From positions 117,870-181,869 of the forward strand of contig DASVTR010000020.1 of assembly GCA_036387475.1 (NCBI GenBank): 64,000 bases of DNA, read 5' to 3'. The DNA is from Pyrinomonadaceae bacterium (GTDB taxonomy: Bacteria > Acidobacteriota > Blastocatellia > Pyrinomonadales > Pyrinomonadaceae). Below the pieces are notes generated by a model. The model saw only the letters and a list, made by a program, of their open reading frames with translations, was not told the DNA's origin and made no database searches. This document shows, piece after piece, positions 45,217 through 54,866 of the stretch (position 1 is its first letter; each line of letters starts with the position of its first letter). The translations under genes and the position numbers were made by a program.

Positions 45217-46530
45217 ATGATTATCGTCATCATCGGCGCGCAATGGGGAGACGAAGGTAAAGGCAAGGTCGTTGACCTGCTGGCCGAACGTTTCGACGTG
45301 GTAGCGCGCTATCAGGGAGGGCACAACGCAGGTCACTCTGTTTACGTCGGCGACCGCTCGTTTGTGCTACGGCTGCTGCCTTCCGGCATAGTGCATGAGG
45401 GCAAGGTATGCGTGCTCGGCAACGGGATGGTCATTGACCCGAAGGCTTTCTTCGAGGAAGCAGACCAACTGGCTGCGCAGGGCGTGGCGGTCACGCCCGA
45501 ACGCGTCCGCGTCAGTTCGCGCGCGCACCTGATTCTGCCCTACCATCGCGCGCTCGATCACACGAGCGAAGAGAGGCTCGGCAATGAGCGTGTGGGCACG
45601 ACCCTGCGCGGCATTGGCCCGGCGTATGAAGACAAGGCCGGGCGGCGCGGCATACGCGTCGCCGATGCGCTCGACCCGGAAGTCCTGCGCTCGCGCATTG
45701 AGCGCAATCTCGAAGACGCCAACCGCATCATCCTCGCCTACGGAGGCACTGCTTTAGACGCCCAACAGATTTTCGACGAAACGTCTCTTTACGCAGAGCG
45801 CCTCGCGCCCTTCATCACCGACACGACTTACTTTCTGAACAAAGCTGCGCGCGATGGGCGCACCATTCTGATCGAAGGCGCGCAAGCCACCCTGCTTGAC
45901 GTAGACCACGGGACATACCCCTTCGTCACTTCATCAAGCACGACCGCCGGTGGCGCAAGCATCGGCACTGGCCTCGCTCCACACCGCATCACGGGCGTGC
46001 TCGGCATCGTCCGCACCTATACAACGCGCGTCGGTGAAGGCCCGTTTCCCACGGAGATGCTCGAATCCGAAGCCGAGATGGGCCAACTTATCCGCGAGCG
46101 CGGGCGCGAGTATGGCGCTGTCACTGGACGCCCACGCCGATGCGGCTGGTTCGACGCCTTTGCCACACGCTACGCCGCGATGATTAGCGGCTTCACCTCC
46201 GTCGCCCTGACCAAGCTCGACGTGCTCGACGCGCTCGATGAAATCAAAGTCTGCACAGGCTATCGCCTGAATGGCCGCGACCTCGAATCCTTCCCCGCCG
46301 TCTCGCAGGAGTTGCGTCGCATCGAACCCGTCTACGCCACACTTCCCGGCTGGAACACCTCCACCGAAGGCATCACCCAAATGGAAGACCTGCCACCGAA
46401 GGCACGCGCCTACGTTGAATTTCTCTCGCGCGAGATTGGCGTCGAAATCGGCCTCGTCTCTACCGGCCCCGAACGCGGGCAGACCATCATCGTCAAAGAT
46501 TCTGCCCTCGGCAAATGGATTCAGCACTAA
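45217..46530 (+). CDS. purA: adenylosuccinate synthetase
   Basis: GAQWGDEGKGK P-loop, GTTLRGIGPAYEDK, GPERGQ. Confidence 0.95.
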   Translation: MIIVIIGAQWGDEGKGKVVDLLAERFDVVARYQGGHNAGHSVYVGDRSFVLRLLPSGIVHEGKVCVLGNGMVIDPKAFFEEADQLAAQGVAVTPERVRVSSRAHLILPYHRALDHTSEERLGNERVGTTLRGIGPAYEDKAGRRGIRVADALDPEVLRSRIERNLEDANRIILAYGGTALDAQQIFDETSLYAERLAPFITDTTYFLNKAARDGRTILIEGAQATLLDVDHGTYPFVTSSSTTAGGASIGTGLAPHRITGVLGIVRTYTTRVGEGPFPTEMLESEAEMGQLIRERGREYGAVTGRPRRCGWFDAFATRYAAMISGFTSVALTKLDVLDALDEIKVCTGYRLNGRDLESFPAVSQELRRIEPVYATLPGWNTSTEGITQMEDLPPKARAYVEFLSREIGVEIGLVSTGPERGQTIIVKDSALGKWIQH

Positions 46531-46618
46531 CGAGCACACCCATTTCCCCTCACGCTTGATTGGCCGCACTATCCTATGTAGAATGCCTTCAAGGCTATTC
46601 AAATAGCACGACGTACGC

Positions 46619-46691
<73 letters not shown>

Positions 46692-46710
46692 TCCCGGCCT
46701 TATCAATCAT

Positions 46711-46750
46711 TTAGGGGCGACCATGATGGTCGCTCCTAAACGCTTTTGGT
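46711..46750 (+). terminator. rho-independent terminator after tRNA-Lys
   Basis: ttaggggcgacca-tga-tggtcgctcctaa (13 bp, one G-U) followed by acgcttttgg. Confidence 0.6.
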
Positions 46751-46846
46751 AGACAACTGGCAGACTTCTTCTTGAATTTGCTAATTTTTGAATTCTCGGA
46801 AGAGAATGTCTAATTAATTCAAGTTATTAGTTAGCGTATTGCCGCC

Positions 46847-47083
46847 TCAGATGGTCTTTCGTCCATAGATAGAGTCAGGCCGGATGCGGTAGATGACGAC
46901 ATTGCTCAAGCGATGCCACGCGCCGATATCCGTCTTGTTAAGAGCCGGCGTGAGGGTTGGGTTACTCCCGGTGATAAATTGCATGGCGCGCTCCGTTTCA
47001 TCCGGCTTTGTAATCTTGCGCGCCGCGCCAATGACCATCACGCTCTGCCAGTTGGATACATCGTTGACCGCCCTAGTTCTTCC
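46847..47083 (-). pseudogene. possible C-terminal fragment of a pyridoxamine-5'-phosphate-oxidase-like (FMN-binding split-barrel) protein
   Basis: ...SNWQSVMVIGAARKITKPDETERAMQF...VVIYRIRPDSIYGRK resembles the C-terminal strands of that fold. No room for an N-terminal half before ppdK. Low-G+C surroundings. Confidence 0.3.
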
Positions 47084-47113
47084 CTATCTTTTACCGCCCG
47101 ACTTTTCTCAAGT

Positions 47114-49822
47114 TTATTTAGTCGCAGCCATTGCTTCTCCATTTTCGGCGAGCGCGGCCTGCGCGGCGGCGAGTCGCGCGACCGGCACACGAAACGGCGA
47201 GCAACTGATGTAATCAAGCCCTATCTCATGACAGAAGGCGATGGAACGAGGCTCGCCGCCATGCTCGCCGCAGATGCCGACCTTGAGCTTCGGCTTCACG
47301 CTCCGTCCGAGCCGCGTTCCGGTCTTGACCAATTCTCCGACTCCTTCGCGGTCTAATACCTGAAAGGGATCGTCCGGCAGAATTTTGTCTTCCACATACT
47401 TTGAGAGGAAACGCCCCGAATCGTCACGGCTCAAACCGAAAGTGGTTTGCGTCAGGTCGTTCGTCCCGAAGGAGAAGAAGTCCGCATGAGCCGCTATCTT
47501 ATCGGCGGTCAAAGCGGCTCGCGGCAACTCGATCATCGTGCCGACTGTATAGTCAATCCTCATCCCGTGCTCGTCCATCGCCTGCCGCGCGACTTCATGT
47601 ATCAGCTTCGCTTGATGATGAAGCTCCTCGGCGGTTGAAACCAGCGGCACCATGATTTCGGGGCTGACCTCGCTGCCTTCGCCTTTCACCTGACAGGCCG
47701 CCTCGAAGATGGCGCGCACCTGCATCCGCGTCACTTCGGGATAAACCAGTCCGAGACGACAGCCGCGATGTCCGAGCATCGGATTGCTTTCATGCATCCT
47801 CTCGACCTGATGCAGCAGTCGCCGCTTCTCGTCTATCTGGTCGAGAAGCCTGTCCATGTCGCGAATGGCTGTAGCGCGCTGCAAAGCCATCTTTAACTCT
47901 GAAAGCTCCTCCATCAATTCCTGTATGTTTGGAAGAAACTCGTGGAGCGGCGGGTCGAGCAGGCGGATAGTGACGGGCAAGCCCTGCATGGCCTGAAAGA
48001 TTCCGGTGAAATCCCTGCGCTGCAAGGGAAGCAGTTTTTCCAGCGCTTTTTCACGCGCGCCGATTCCGTCCGCCAGAATCATCTCGCGCATCGCGGCGAG
48101 ACGGCCCTCGCCAAAGAACATGTGCTCGGTGCGACACAATCCGATGCCTTCCGCGCCGAAGTCGCGTGCGACCTGCGAGTCCTGCGGCGTGTCTGCGTTG
48201 GCCCGCACGCGTAGGCGACGGAAATCATCGGCCCAACTCATCAATTCCTTGAAGTCATCGCCGAGTGTAGGCTGAACAGTCGGCACTTGCCCTAAAAAGA
48301 CACGTCCTGTTGAGCCATCAACCGTAATCCACTCGCCTTTGGGAACGACCGTGCCATCAACGCTGAATTGCTGCTGGCCGTAATCAACATTCAACATGCT
48401 CGCGCCAGACACGCATGATTTTCCCATCCCACGCGCGACGACTGCCGCATGAGAAGTCATCCCTCCGCGCGCCGTCACAATCGCTTGAGCTGCGACCATG
48501 CCGTGAAAATCGTCGGGGCTGGTCTCCTGCCTGACGAGAATCACTTTTGCGCCGTCGCGCGCCATCTCTTCGGCTTCGTCAGGGTCAAAGACAACACGAC
48601 CCTGCGCTGCTCCTGGACTCGCGGGCAATCCGGTTGCCAGCACTGTCGTCTCTGCTTTGGGGTCAACCGTCGGATGCAGGAGTTGGTCTAACTGCTCCGG
48701 CGTGACGCGGCGCACGGCGGTCGCCTTGTCAATCAATTCTTCGTGAACCATATCAACGGCCACGCGCACGGCTGCCGCGCCCGTGCGTTTACCTGTGCGT
48801 GTCTGGAGCATCCAGAGCTTGCCCCGCTCAATGGTGAACTCCACGTCCTGCATGTCTCGGTAATGACGCTCAAGCAATCCTGTAATCGAAGCAAACTGGT
48901 CGTAGACTTCCGGCAGTTCCTCGCGCAGTTGACTAATGGGGTTCGGCGTGCGGATGCCCGCCACGACATCCTCGCCCTGCGCATTCAAAAGATATTCACC
49001 GTAAAGCACCTTCTCGCCCGTCGAAGGGTTGCGCGTAAATGCTACGCCGGTTCCGCTCCGTGCGCCCATGTTACCGAAGACCATGACCTGAATGTTGACG
49101 GCAGTGCCTAAGGTGTCTGGAATACGATTGATGCGGCGATAGTCTATGGCGCGGCGTCCCATCCAGGAATTGAAGACCGCTGCGATGGCTACGCGCAATT
49201 GTTCGTAAGGGTCTTCGGGAATAGCGTGGCCGCTCTGCTCGGCGGTGATGATCTGTTTTTCGGCGGCGATGATCTCGCGCAGTTGTTCTGGGTGAAGGTC
49301 TGTATCTCGCCCTCCCGTCGTCTGCGCCTTGAAGCGATCCATGACGCGCTCAAACTTTTCATGCGCGACGCCAATCACGATTTCGCCGAAAAGCGAGGCG
49401 AAGCGACGGTAAGCATCCAGCGCGAAGCGCAAGTCATTTGTCTGAGCAGCTAATCCCTGTACGGTCTCGTCGTTGAGTCCGAGGTTGAGCACGGTGTCCA
49501 TCATGCCGGGCATGGAAAAGGCCGCGCCGGAACGAACTGAAACGAGAAGAGGATTATCCGCGTGGCCGAAACCTTTTCCGGTCTTCTCTTCGAGTTTCCG
49601 CAAGCCCTCTACCACCTGCTCCCACATCCCTGCGGGAAACTGTTTATTATTCGCATAAAAGGCATTGCAGGCTTCGGTCGTGACGACGAAGCCGGGAGGC
49701 ACGGGCAAGCCCGCGCGCGTCATCTCGGCCAGGCCCGCGCCCTTACCGCCGAGCAGTTCTTTGGCGTCGCCGCTCCCCTCTTCAAAGAGGTAAACCCATT
49801 TTTGATTACTGTTCTCGTTCAT
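47114..49822 (-). CDS. ppdK: pyruvate, phosphate dikinase
   Basis: 902 aa. LLGGKGAGLAEM, phospho-His GGMTSHAAVVARG, C-terminal CGEHGG. Confidence 0.95.
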   Translation of the reverse strand: MNENSNQKWVYLFEEGSGDAKELLGGKGAGLAEMTRAGLPVPPGFVVTTEACNAFYANNKQFPAGMWEQVVEGLRKLEEKTGKGFGHADNPLLVSVRSGAAFSMPGMMDTVLNLGLNDETVQGLAAQTNDLRFALDAYRRFASLFGEIVIGVAHEKFERVMDRFKAQTTGGRDTDLHPEQLREIIAAEKQIITAEQSGHAIPEDPYEQLRVAIAAVFNSWMGRRAIDYRRINRIPDTLGTAVNIQVMVFGNMGARSGTGVAFTRNPSTGEKVLYGEYLLNAQGEDVVAGIRTPNPISQLREELPEVYDQFASITGLLERHYRDMQDVEFTIERGKLWMLQTRTGKRTGAAAVRVAVDMVHEELIDKATAVRRVTPEQLDQLLHPTVDPKAETTVLATGLPASPGAAQGRVVFDPDEAEEMARDGAKVILVRQETSPDDFHGMVAAQAIVTARGGMTSHAAVVARGMGKSCVSGASMLNVDYGQQQFSVDGTVVPKGEWITVDGSTGRVFLGQVPTVQPTLGDDFKELMSWADDFRRLRVRANADTPQDSQVARDFGAEGIGLCRTEHMFFGEGRLAAMREMILADGIGAREKALEKLLPLQRRDFTGIFQAMQGLPVTIRLLDPPLHEFLPNIQELMEELSELKMALQRATAIRDMDRLLDQIDEKRRLLHQVERMHESNPMLGHRGCRLGLVYPEVTRMQVRAIFEAACQVKGEGSEVSPEIMVPLVSTAEELHHQAKLIHEVARQAMDEHGMRIDYTVGTMIELPRAALTADKIAAHADFFSFGTNDLTQTTFGLSRDDSGRFLSKYVEDKILPDDPFQVLDREGVGELVKTGTRLGRSVKPKLKVGICGEHGGEPRSIAFCHEIGLDYISCSPFRVPVARLAAAQAALAENGEAMAATK

Positions 49823-49914
49823 TGAATAATCCTTTGAACTGAAATATGCGACTCTCTGGTTCGCCCGTTTTATCGTTTATATCCGGTAGCCACCAATCGT
49901 ATAGAGTAGCTTCG

Positions 49915-49963
49915 AAGAATAAAAGAGGAGGCTCTCGCTTTGCAAATGCGATGGCCTCCTCTT
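49915..49963 (-). terminator. minus-strand intrinsic terminator-like hairpin upstream of ppdK
   Basis: On the minus strand: aagaggaggc-21 nt-gcctcctctt followed by ttattcttc. Confidence 0.5.
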
Positions 49964-50782
49964 CGTGAAAGGAACTTTGTGATCTTAAATTAAGCCTTCA
50001 ACGCCTTCTCGTCATGCCTTCGTTTCATAAACTACAGACGACGGCTCGAACCACAGGAGATTCTTCTCTCCCTGCTCATCTTCAATCTCCAAAGCTTAGT
50101 CTCGTCCGCCAGCGCAGCACTTCGGTAGGATTCGCTTCACGGCTATGATTGTATAAGTTTGACGACGAGAATCCGTCACGCTCTCGTTGCCCGGCATAAC
50201 GTGAATGCGCGTCATGCCTTCGCGGTCGGCTTCAAGACTAAGACCAACCAGCGTCATGCCGCTTAAAGCCGCAAGCCACAGGTGCTGGTAGGGATGTGCA
50301 AATGCGGTGTACCTCTTCAACTGTGAGACAAGGACACCTCCACCGGTCTTGATGTTCTCGCATATGGCAGCCGTCGAATCCTGTGTTTATGAACGAGATG
50401 AAATGCCAAAAGTACGGAGCCGAGGTTCACGTTTCAGACTTGTCCGGCTTCGGTGAAGAAACCTATTTCCTCTATCGCTCGTAGAATAGGCGGCATACAA
50501 GCAGCACTTGATTGGTCGAAACCAGGGGCGGGGATATTAACGATAGCACTCGGCAGAATCCATCCAATCTGTCATGGGGCTTCGTGCGCGCGCCGCTGGC
50601 AAGGCTCTCTCGTTTGTGTTGTCGGACTGTAAAGATGGAGGAATTGTCGCCGATGTAATTTGCATCGAGAAGGGTCGCACCGAAGGACTCAAGCCCGGTG
50701 TTAACATTTCGTAGAACTAATCGTTATCAGTTAAGGGCGGCAATATCCAGAAAGTAACGACAAGAGTCGGAAGGAGAAGACA

Positions 50783-52087
50783 GTGAAGTCACGATTGCTA
50801 ATTATCATCGCAGCGTTTTGTTTTTGTTTCTCAGCCGTCTTTGTTACGAGGTCTGCCAACATGGCTGCTTCGACTTCCGACTGGCCTCAGTGGCGAGGCC
50901 CGGAACGTAACGGAATATCGAAGGAGCGCGGACTCCTTAAGCAATGGCCGAAGGAAGGGCCGAAACTGCTCTGGCAAGTGAATGACATAGGAGACGGCTA
51001 TTCAACGCCGGTGGTCGTCGGAAAGCGGCTCTACCTAATGAGCAATCGTGGCATGGACAATGAGTTTGTTCAGGCTCTCTCAACACAGGATGGAAAACCT
51101 ATCTGGACAACGCGCGTTGGCAACGTCGGCAACCCGGATCAGAGTCCGCCTTACGCGAAGGCACGGTCTACTCCGACCGTTGACGGTGACTTCATATACG
51201 CGCTCGGCTCAGACGGCGACCTCGCCTGCCTCGAAGCCAAGAGCGGCAAGATTCGATGGCAGAAGAGCATTCGTAAAGAGTTTGGCGGCCAGCCGGGCAC
51301 ATGGGCCTACGCAGAATCTCCGTTGGTTGATGGCGACGTTGTTGTCGTAACCCCCGGCGGCGCAGATGCCACTTTAGTGGCGCTTAACAAAAAGACTGGC
51401 GCGCTCATCTGGAAATCGGCGGTGCCGGGCGGCGACCCAGCGGGCTACGCATCGGCGATTGTCGTGCAAGGGGGCGGGCGCAAACAATACGTGCAGTTTT
51501 TGAGCAAGGGCATGGTCGGAGTTGACGCGAAGACGGGCCAGTTCCTCTGGCGCTACAAGGAGGTTGCCAAGGGGCCGGCGCAGTATTTCACGCCAATCGG
51601 GCGCGACGGGTATGTGTACGGCGGAGCACTCGGCGTCGGAGGCGGACTAGTTCGTCTAAAGGCGGACGGCGGCGGAGTCGCCGCAGAGCAGGTCTACTTC
51701 GAGCGCGGACTTCCGAACGGCATCGGTGGAGCAGTGCTGGTTGGTGACTATCTTTACGGCTCGGACATCGCTCCTGGGGAGTTGGTCGCCATCGAGTTCA
51801 CGACGGGGAAGGTGAAATGGAAGGCCGAGAGTATCGGCAGGCTTTCGATTGCCTACGCCGACGGGCTTTTATATCTTCACGGATTGAATGGGGATTTCGC
51901 GTTGGCGGAGGCGACCCCTGAAGGCTATCGCGAAAAGGGCCGATTCACTCCGCCGAATCAGCCGAAGCATAAACAGGTTGGCCCATATCCTGAGATGTCG
52001 TTTGCGTATCCGGTTATTGCTAACGGGAGGCTGTATATTCGCGACCTGGGCACATTGTGGGCCTACGACATCAAGGCCAGCCGTTAG
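50783..52087 (+). CDS. secreted PQQ-like / BamB-like beta-propeller repeat protein
   Basis: GTG start after GGAAGGAG. Signal peptide. DWPQWRGPERNG and repeated G..Y..S..G.L.ALD..TGK..W units. Confidence 0.8.
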   Translation: MKSRLLIIIAAFCFCFSAVFVTRSANMAASTSDWPQWRGPERNGISKERGLLKQWPKEGPKLLWQVNDIGDGYSTPVVVGKRLYLMSNRGMDNEFVQALSTQDGKPIWTTRVGNVGNPDQSPPYAKARSTPTVDGDFIYALGSDGDLACLEAKSGKIRWQKSIRKEFGGQPGTWAYAESPLVDGDVVVVTPGGADATLVALNKKTGALIWKSAVPGGDPAGYASAIVVQGGGRKQYVQFLSKGMVGVDAKTGQFLWRYKEVAKGPAQYFTPIGRDGYVYGGALGVGGGLVRLKADGGGVAAEQVYFERGLPNGIGGAVLVGDYLYGSDIAPGELVAIEFTTGKVKWKAESIGRLSIAYADGLLYLHGLNGDFALAEATPEGYREKGRFTPPNQPKHKQVGPYPEMSFAYPVIANGRLYIRDLGTLWAYDIKASR

Positions 52088-52090
52088 ACA

Positions 52091-52139
52091 CTGATAGCTT
52101 AACCAGCGCGTCGCAGGCTCGCGTCCTGCTCGACTCATC
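52091..52139 (+). other. tRNA-Lys-derived relic (3' part, possibly with a remnant of the 5' end)
   Basis: 52099-52139 matches tRNA-Lys 46653-46693 at 36 of 41 ungapped positions (hand count), and the T arm is still foldable. gatagct (52093-52099) matches 46624-46630. Confidence 0.7.
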
Positions 52140-52149
52140 AATCGAATCA

Positions 52150-52190
52150 AAAAGTTAATGGTATCCGCACGGATGCCATTAACTTTTTCT
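52150..52190. terminator. strong, potentially bidirectional terminator hairpin
   Basis: aaaagttaatggtatcc-gcac-ggatgccattaactttt: 17 bp with one G-U, A-tract before and T-tract after. Confidence 0.75.
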
Positions 52191-52305
52191 GCCACTCTTC
52201 CTGCCCTTTAACGCTAACGGAATCGAGAGAGAAATAAAATTTTCGCTCCCTTTCATCTCTTAAAATGGTCATTTCGACATGAGATAGCTAGAGTAGCTGG
52301 ATGCT

Positions 52306-52875
52306 TTAATTCCTTACGCGGTAAGCGATTTGGACGCAGCCGTTTTTGTGCACTGTGCAGTCGAGCAGTTCTAAATCGAGTTGCATGCCGATGTCCGGGA
52401 AGAGCGGAATACCTGAGCCGAGCAGGATGGGGTGAATGTTCAAACTGATTTCATCAACCAGCTTTTCCGCCAACAAACTTTTTGCCAACCCGCCGCCGCC
52501 CATCAACCAGATGTCTTTGCCTGCTTCCGATTTCAGATTGCGGACGAACTCCCCGGCGTTGTCAGAGATGATGTTGACATCCTCATCCGGCGAGGGCTTC
52601 AGCGTGCGCGAGAAAACGTAGCTTTTCATGCCCCAGTTGGTTGAGCTTTTGCTTTTTGCTTTCTTACTTTTGCTTTTCCGCTTGTCGTCTGCGCCGTGGC
52701 CGACGGCGAATTCGTAAGTCTTTCGTCCGAGCAGAACCGCATCGATTGTCTTGAAAAATTCGCCCATGCCGTAATCCGTGCCGTCATTGAAAAGCCAATC
52801 GACTGCTCCGTCGCGCCGGGCAATGAAGTTATCGAGACTATTGGCGACTAAGTATTTTACTTTGCGCATTCTCAT
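52306..52875 (-). CDS. dihydrofolate reductase family protein (RibD C-terminal domain type)
   Basis: KYLVANSLDNFIARRDG...LLGRKTYEF...WLMGGGGLAKSLL. Contains a Lys/Ser-rich insert KRKSKSKKAKSKSS. Confidence 0.75.
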   Translation of the reverse strand: MRMRKVKYLVANSLDNFIARRDGAVDWLFNDGTDYGMGEFFKTIDAVLLGRKTYEFAVGHGADDKRKSKSKKAKSKSSTNWGMKSYVFSRTLKPSPDEDVNIISDNAGEFVRNLKSEAGKDIWLMGGGGLAKSLLAEKLVDEISLNIHPILLGSGIPLFPDIGMQLDLELLDCTVHKNGCVQIAYRVRN

Positions 52876-52990
52876 CTCCTTATCTTAAACAGTAAAGATT
52901 TCAGTCGGTCGCTTCATGCCTGCTTCAGACATGAATTGTAGCGTCTTAGTTTAAGAAAGACGGCGCGGCGTGTCTTGGCGTTTTTTGATA

Positions 52991-53809
52991 TTACTTTCGG
53001 GCGGCGTGGCGAGCGCGATGAGGCCGCATGATCGTTTTGCAAGCGCCCGGCGACGTATTCGTGGTCTGGCGAAACTGTTTATAAAACCGGCTCAAATCAT
53101 TGTAGCCCACGTCCTGCGAGACGTTGACGATTTCTTCGCCCCTCGCCAGACGGAGCGGTGCGTCCGCCACTCTCAACTGGCGAAAATAGCTGCTCGGACT
53201 CATTCCGAAATCGCGTTTGAACTGGCGGGAGAGATGCTCGTGCGTTACGCCCAGCCGCGCACTGATGCGTGCGATTGACGGATAAACAAGATAGTTTTCG
53301 TCAATCAGTTTTTTCGCCTTGAGCGAGAGCAGAGACGGCTTCGGATTCATCTCAATCAATTGACGATGCTCGCCCGCATTTACAATCTCTATCGCTTGCG
53401 CTGCGCTGGAAGGAGGCGTGTTGCAGGCCGTTTCAAAAATAACCGGAGCAGATGTTAACCCTGCTGGTAAGACTTCAGTCGCGGCGATTCCTATGAGGCG
53501 TCCTTTAGCGTTTTTGAAACAAGGCTGAGCAATAGAAAAAGGCGGGTAGAAGACTCCGAAACGTTTTGTGCCTGGGCGTATGTGCTCTTCTGCGCCCCTG
53601 ATAAAAAAGTGCTCGCCCGCCATCAACTCGTAAAGCTCAAGCAGCCACGCCGCACACGTAATAACGGTGAAAGTGATAACGCCCCGGACTTTTAATTCGT
53701 CTACGAAGAGATACGAGCCATCGGGCAACAGTTTCGTCTGGCGGCGCGCAAGCCTCCCACCGTCTTTAAGCTCAACATGGAAATCAGAATTCTCTGGTTT
53801 GTTTCTCAT
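52991..53809 (-). CDS. AraC family transcriptional regulator
   Basis: C-terminal double HTH (...ISARLGVTHEHLSRQFKRDFGMSPSSYFRQLRV...GYNDLSRFYKQFR). Confidence 0.85.
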   Translation of the reverse strand: MRNKPENSDFHVELKDGGRLARRQTKLLPDGSYLFVDELKVRGVITFTVITCAAWLLELYELMAGEHFFIRGAEEHIRPGTKRFGVFYPPFSIAQPCFKNAKGRLIGIAATEVLPAGLTSAPVIFETACNTPPSSAAQAIEIVNAGEHRQLIEMNPKPSLLSLKAKKLIDENYLVYPSIARISARLGVTHEHLSRQFKRDFGMSPSSYFRQLRVADAPLRLARGEEIVNVSQDVGYNDLSRFYKQFRQTTNTSPGACKTIMRPHRARHAARK

Positions 53810-53850
53810 CCCCGAAATAAGCTCGCTCCGACAGAAGACGCGCCGCTTCG

Positions 53851-54492
53851 TTAATTGCCCGAATGCTTCTTGACCACCTCAAACTCGAAGCGCAACTCCT
53901 TACCGCGAAAAATATAGCTCAAATAGAACTCCCAGAACTTGCGCGTGAAGCGAAGGGCGGGCCAGCGCTGATCCAGATTGACGAGGAATTCCAGACCGAT
54001 GATGCGCCACAAATTTGCCAGCGAGACATAACTGCGCACGAGTTTTAATTCAACGTCCGTATAAAAGGGAAAGAGCCTGCGATCCTGCATAAAGCAGTTG
54101 AAAGTATAGCTGTTGAAATGATTGCGATGCGTCGGGTCTGTGGGCCAATCGGGGTTTGAGTAATGTGGCGTCACGAGTTTGATGCGCCCGCCCGGTTTGG
54201 TAATCCGGTGCAGTTCAGAGATAAAAGCCATCACGTCCGGCACGTGCTCGGCGACGTGGTGCGTAAAGATTTCATCAAACTCGTCGTCGGCGAACGGATA
54301 GGGCACGACGCCTAGATCGTGTATCACGTCGGCCTCGGTGCGCGGGTTAATGTCCATCCCGATTGCGCCCGGAAGTTTATTATTTCCGCAGCCAACGTCC
54401 AGTATCTTCTTAGGATTCTCGCCAGCCGCCGCGCGCTTCGTGTGCCTGCTCTCGGTTATCATTTCTTCGGTCAGCATCAAGAGAGATGTCAA
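53851..54492 (-). CDS. class I SAM-dependent methyltransferase
   Basis: Motif I LDVGCGNNKLPG and a Methyltransf_11-like core. Confidence 0.75.
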   Translation of the reverse strand: MTSLLMLTEEMITESRHTKRAAAGENPKKILDVGCGNNKLPGAIGMDINPRTEADVIHDLGVVPYPFADDEFDEIFTHHVAEHVPDVMAFISELHRITKPGGRIKLVTPHYSNPDWPTDPTHRNHFNSYTFNCFMQDRRLFPFYTDVELKLVRSYVSLANLWRIIGLEFLVNLDQRWPALRFTRKFWEFYLSYIFRGKELRFEFEVVKKHSGN

Positions 54493-54678
54493 TACGGTTT
54501 CTCTTTACATCTTATGTCAAGCGCCGTACGATGTGAAACTTCTTGAAATCAAACGGAGCAATCGTCTTTACAAAATGCGTCTGCCGGGCCGTTGTGATAA
54601 GGTGCTCTCAGATGATGAACGGACGAGAGACGCAGAAGACGTTCAAGCTATTTATTATAAGGGGGAGGGGTGAAGAAG

Positions 54679-54852
54679 ATGAGTGAAAATATGGGAACGG
54701 GTAGAGCCGTGGAAGACGAAGGACAGGCGAACGAGGAAAAGAGTCCGGCGGAGAAGCTCGAAGGCGACAAACTGACAGGCTCTCTGACTCCCGGCGTGGA
54801 GAAGACGGAGAAGACGGAGATTAAAGAGGAAAAGAGTCCGAACACGGAATAA
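54679..54852 (+). CDS. small charged Glu/Lys-rich protein (57 aa), hypothetical
   Basis: GGGGGAGGGG SD before the ATG and a strong hairpin downstream. Low-complexity product. Confidence 0.4.
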   Translation: MSENMGTGRAVEDEGQANEEKSPAEKLEGDKLTGSLTPGVEKTEKTEIKEEKSPNTE

Positions 54853-54866
54853 ACTGCCAAGGGGAA

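Noticed and set aside
50096-50320. 74-aa minus-strand ORF (…HPYQHLWLAALSGMTLVGLSLEADREGMTRIHVMPGNES…) as a real gene.
   Set aside because: It has a TTG start only and no SD. The frame is open upstream without an ATG and is closed by a stop at about 50390. No family was recognised. It is treated as a possible pseudogene remnant inside the eroded region rather than a CDS.
49823-50782. Searched the large gap for housekeeping ncRNAs: the RNase P GAGGAAAGUCC box, the tmRNA tRNA-like end, and SRP or 6S-like long helices.
   Set aside because: None of the diagnostic motifs is present. A GGTTCGAGCC string at about 50050 (minus strand) has no flanking T-stem complementarity.
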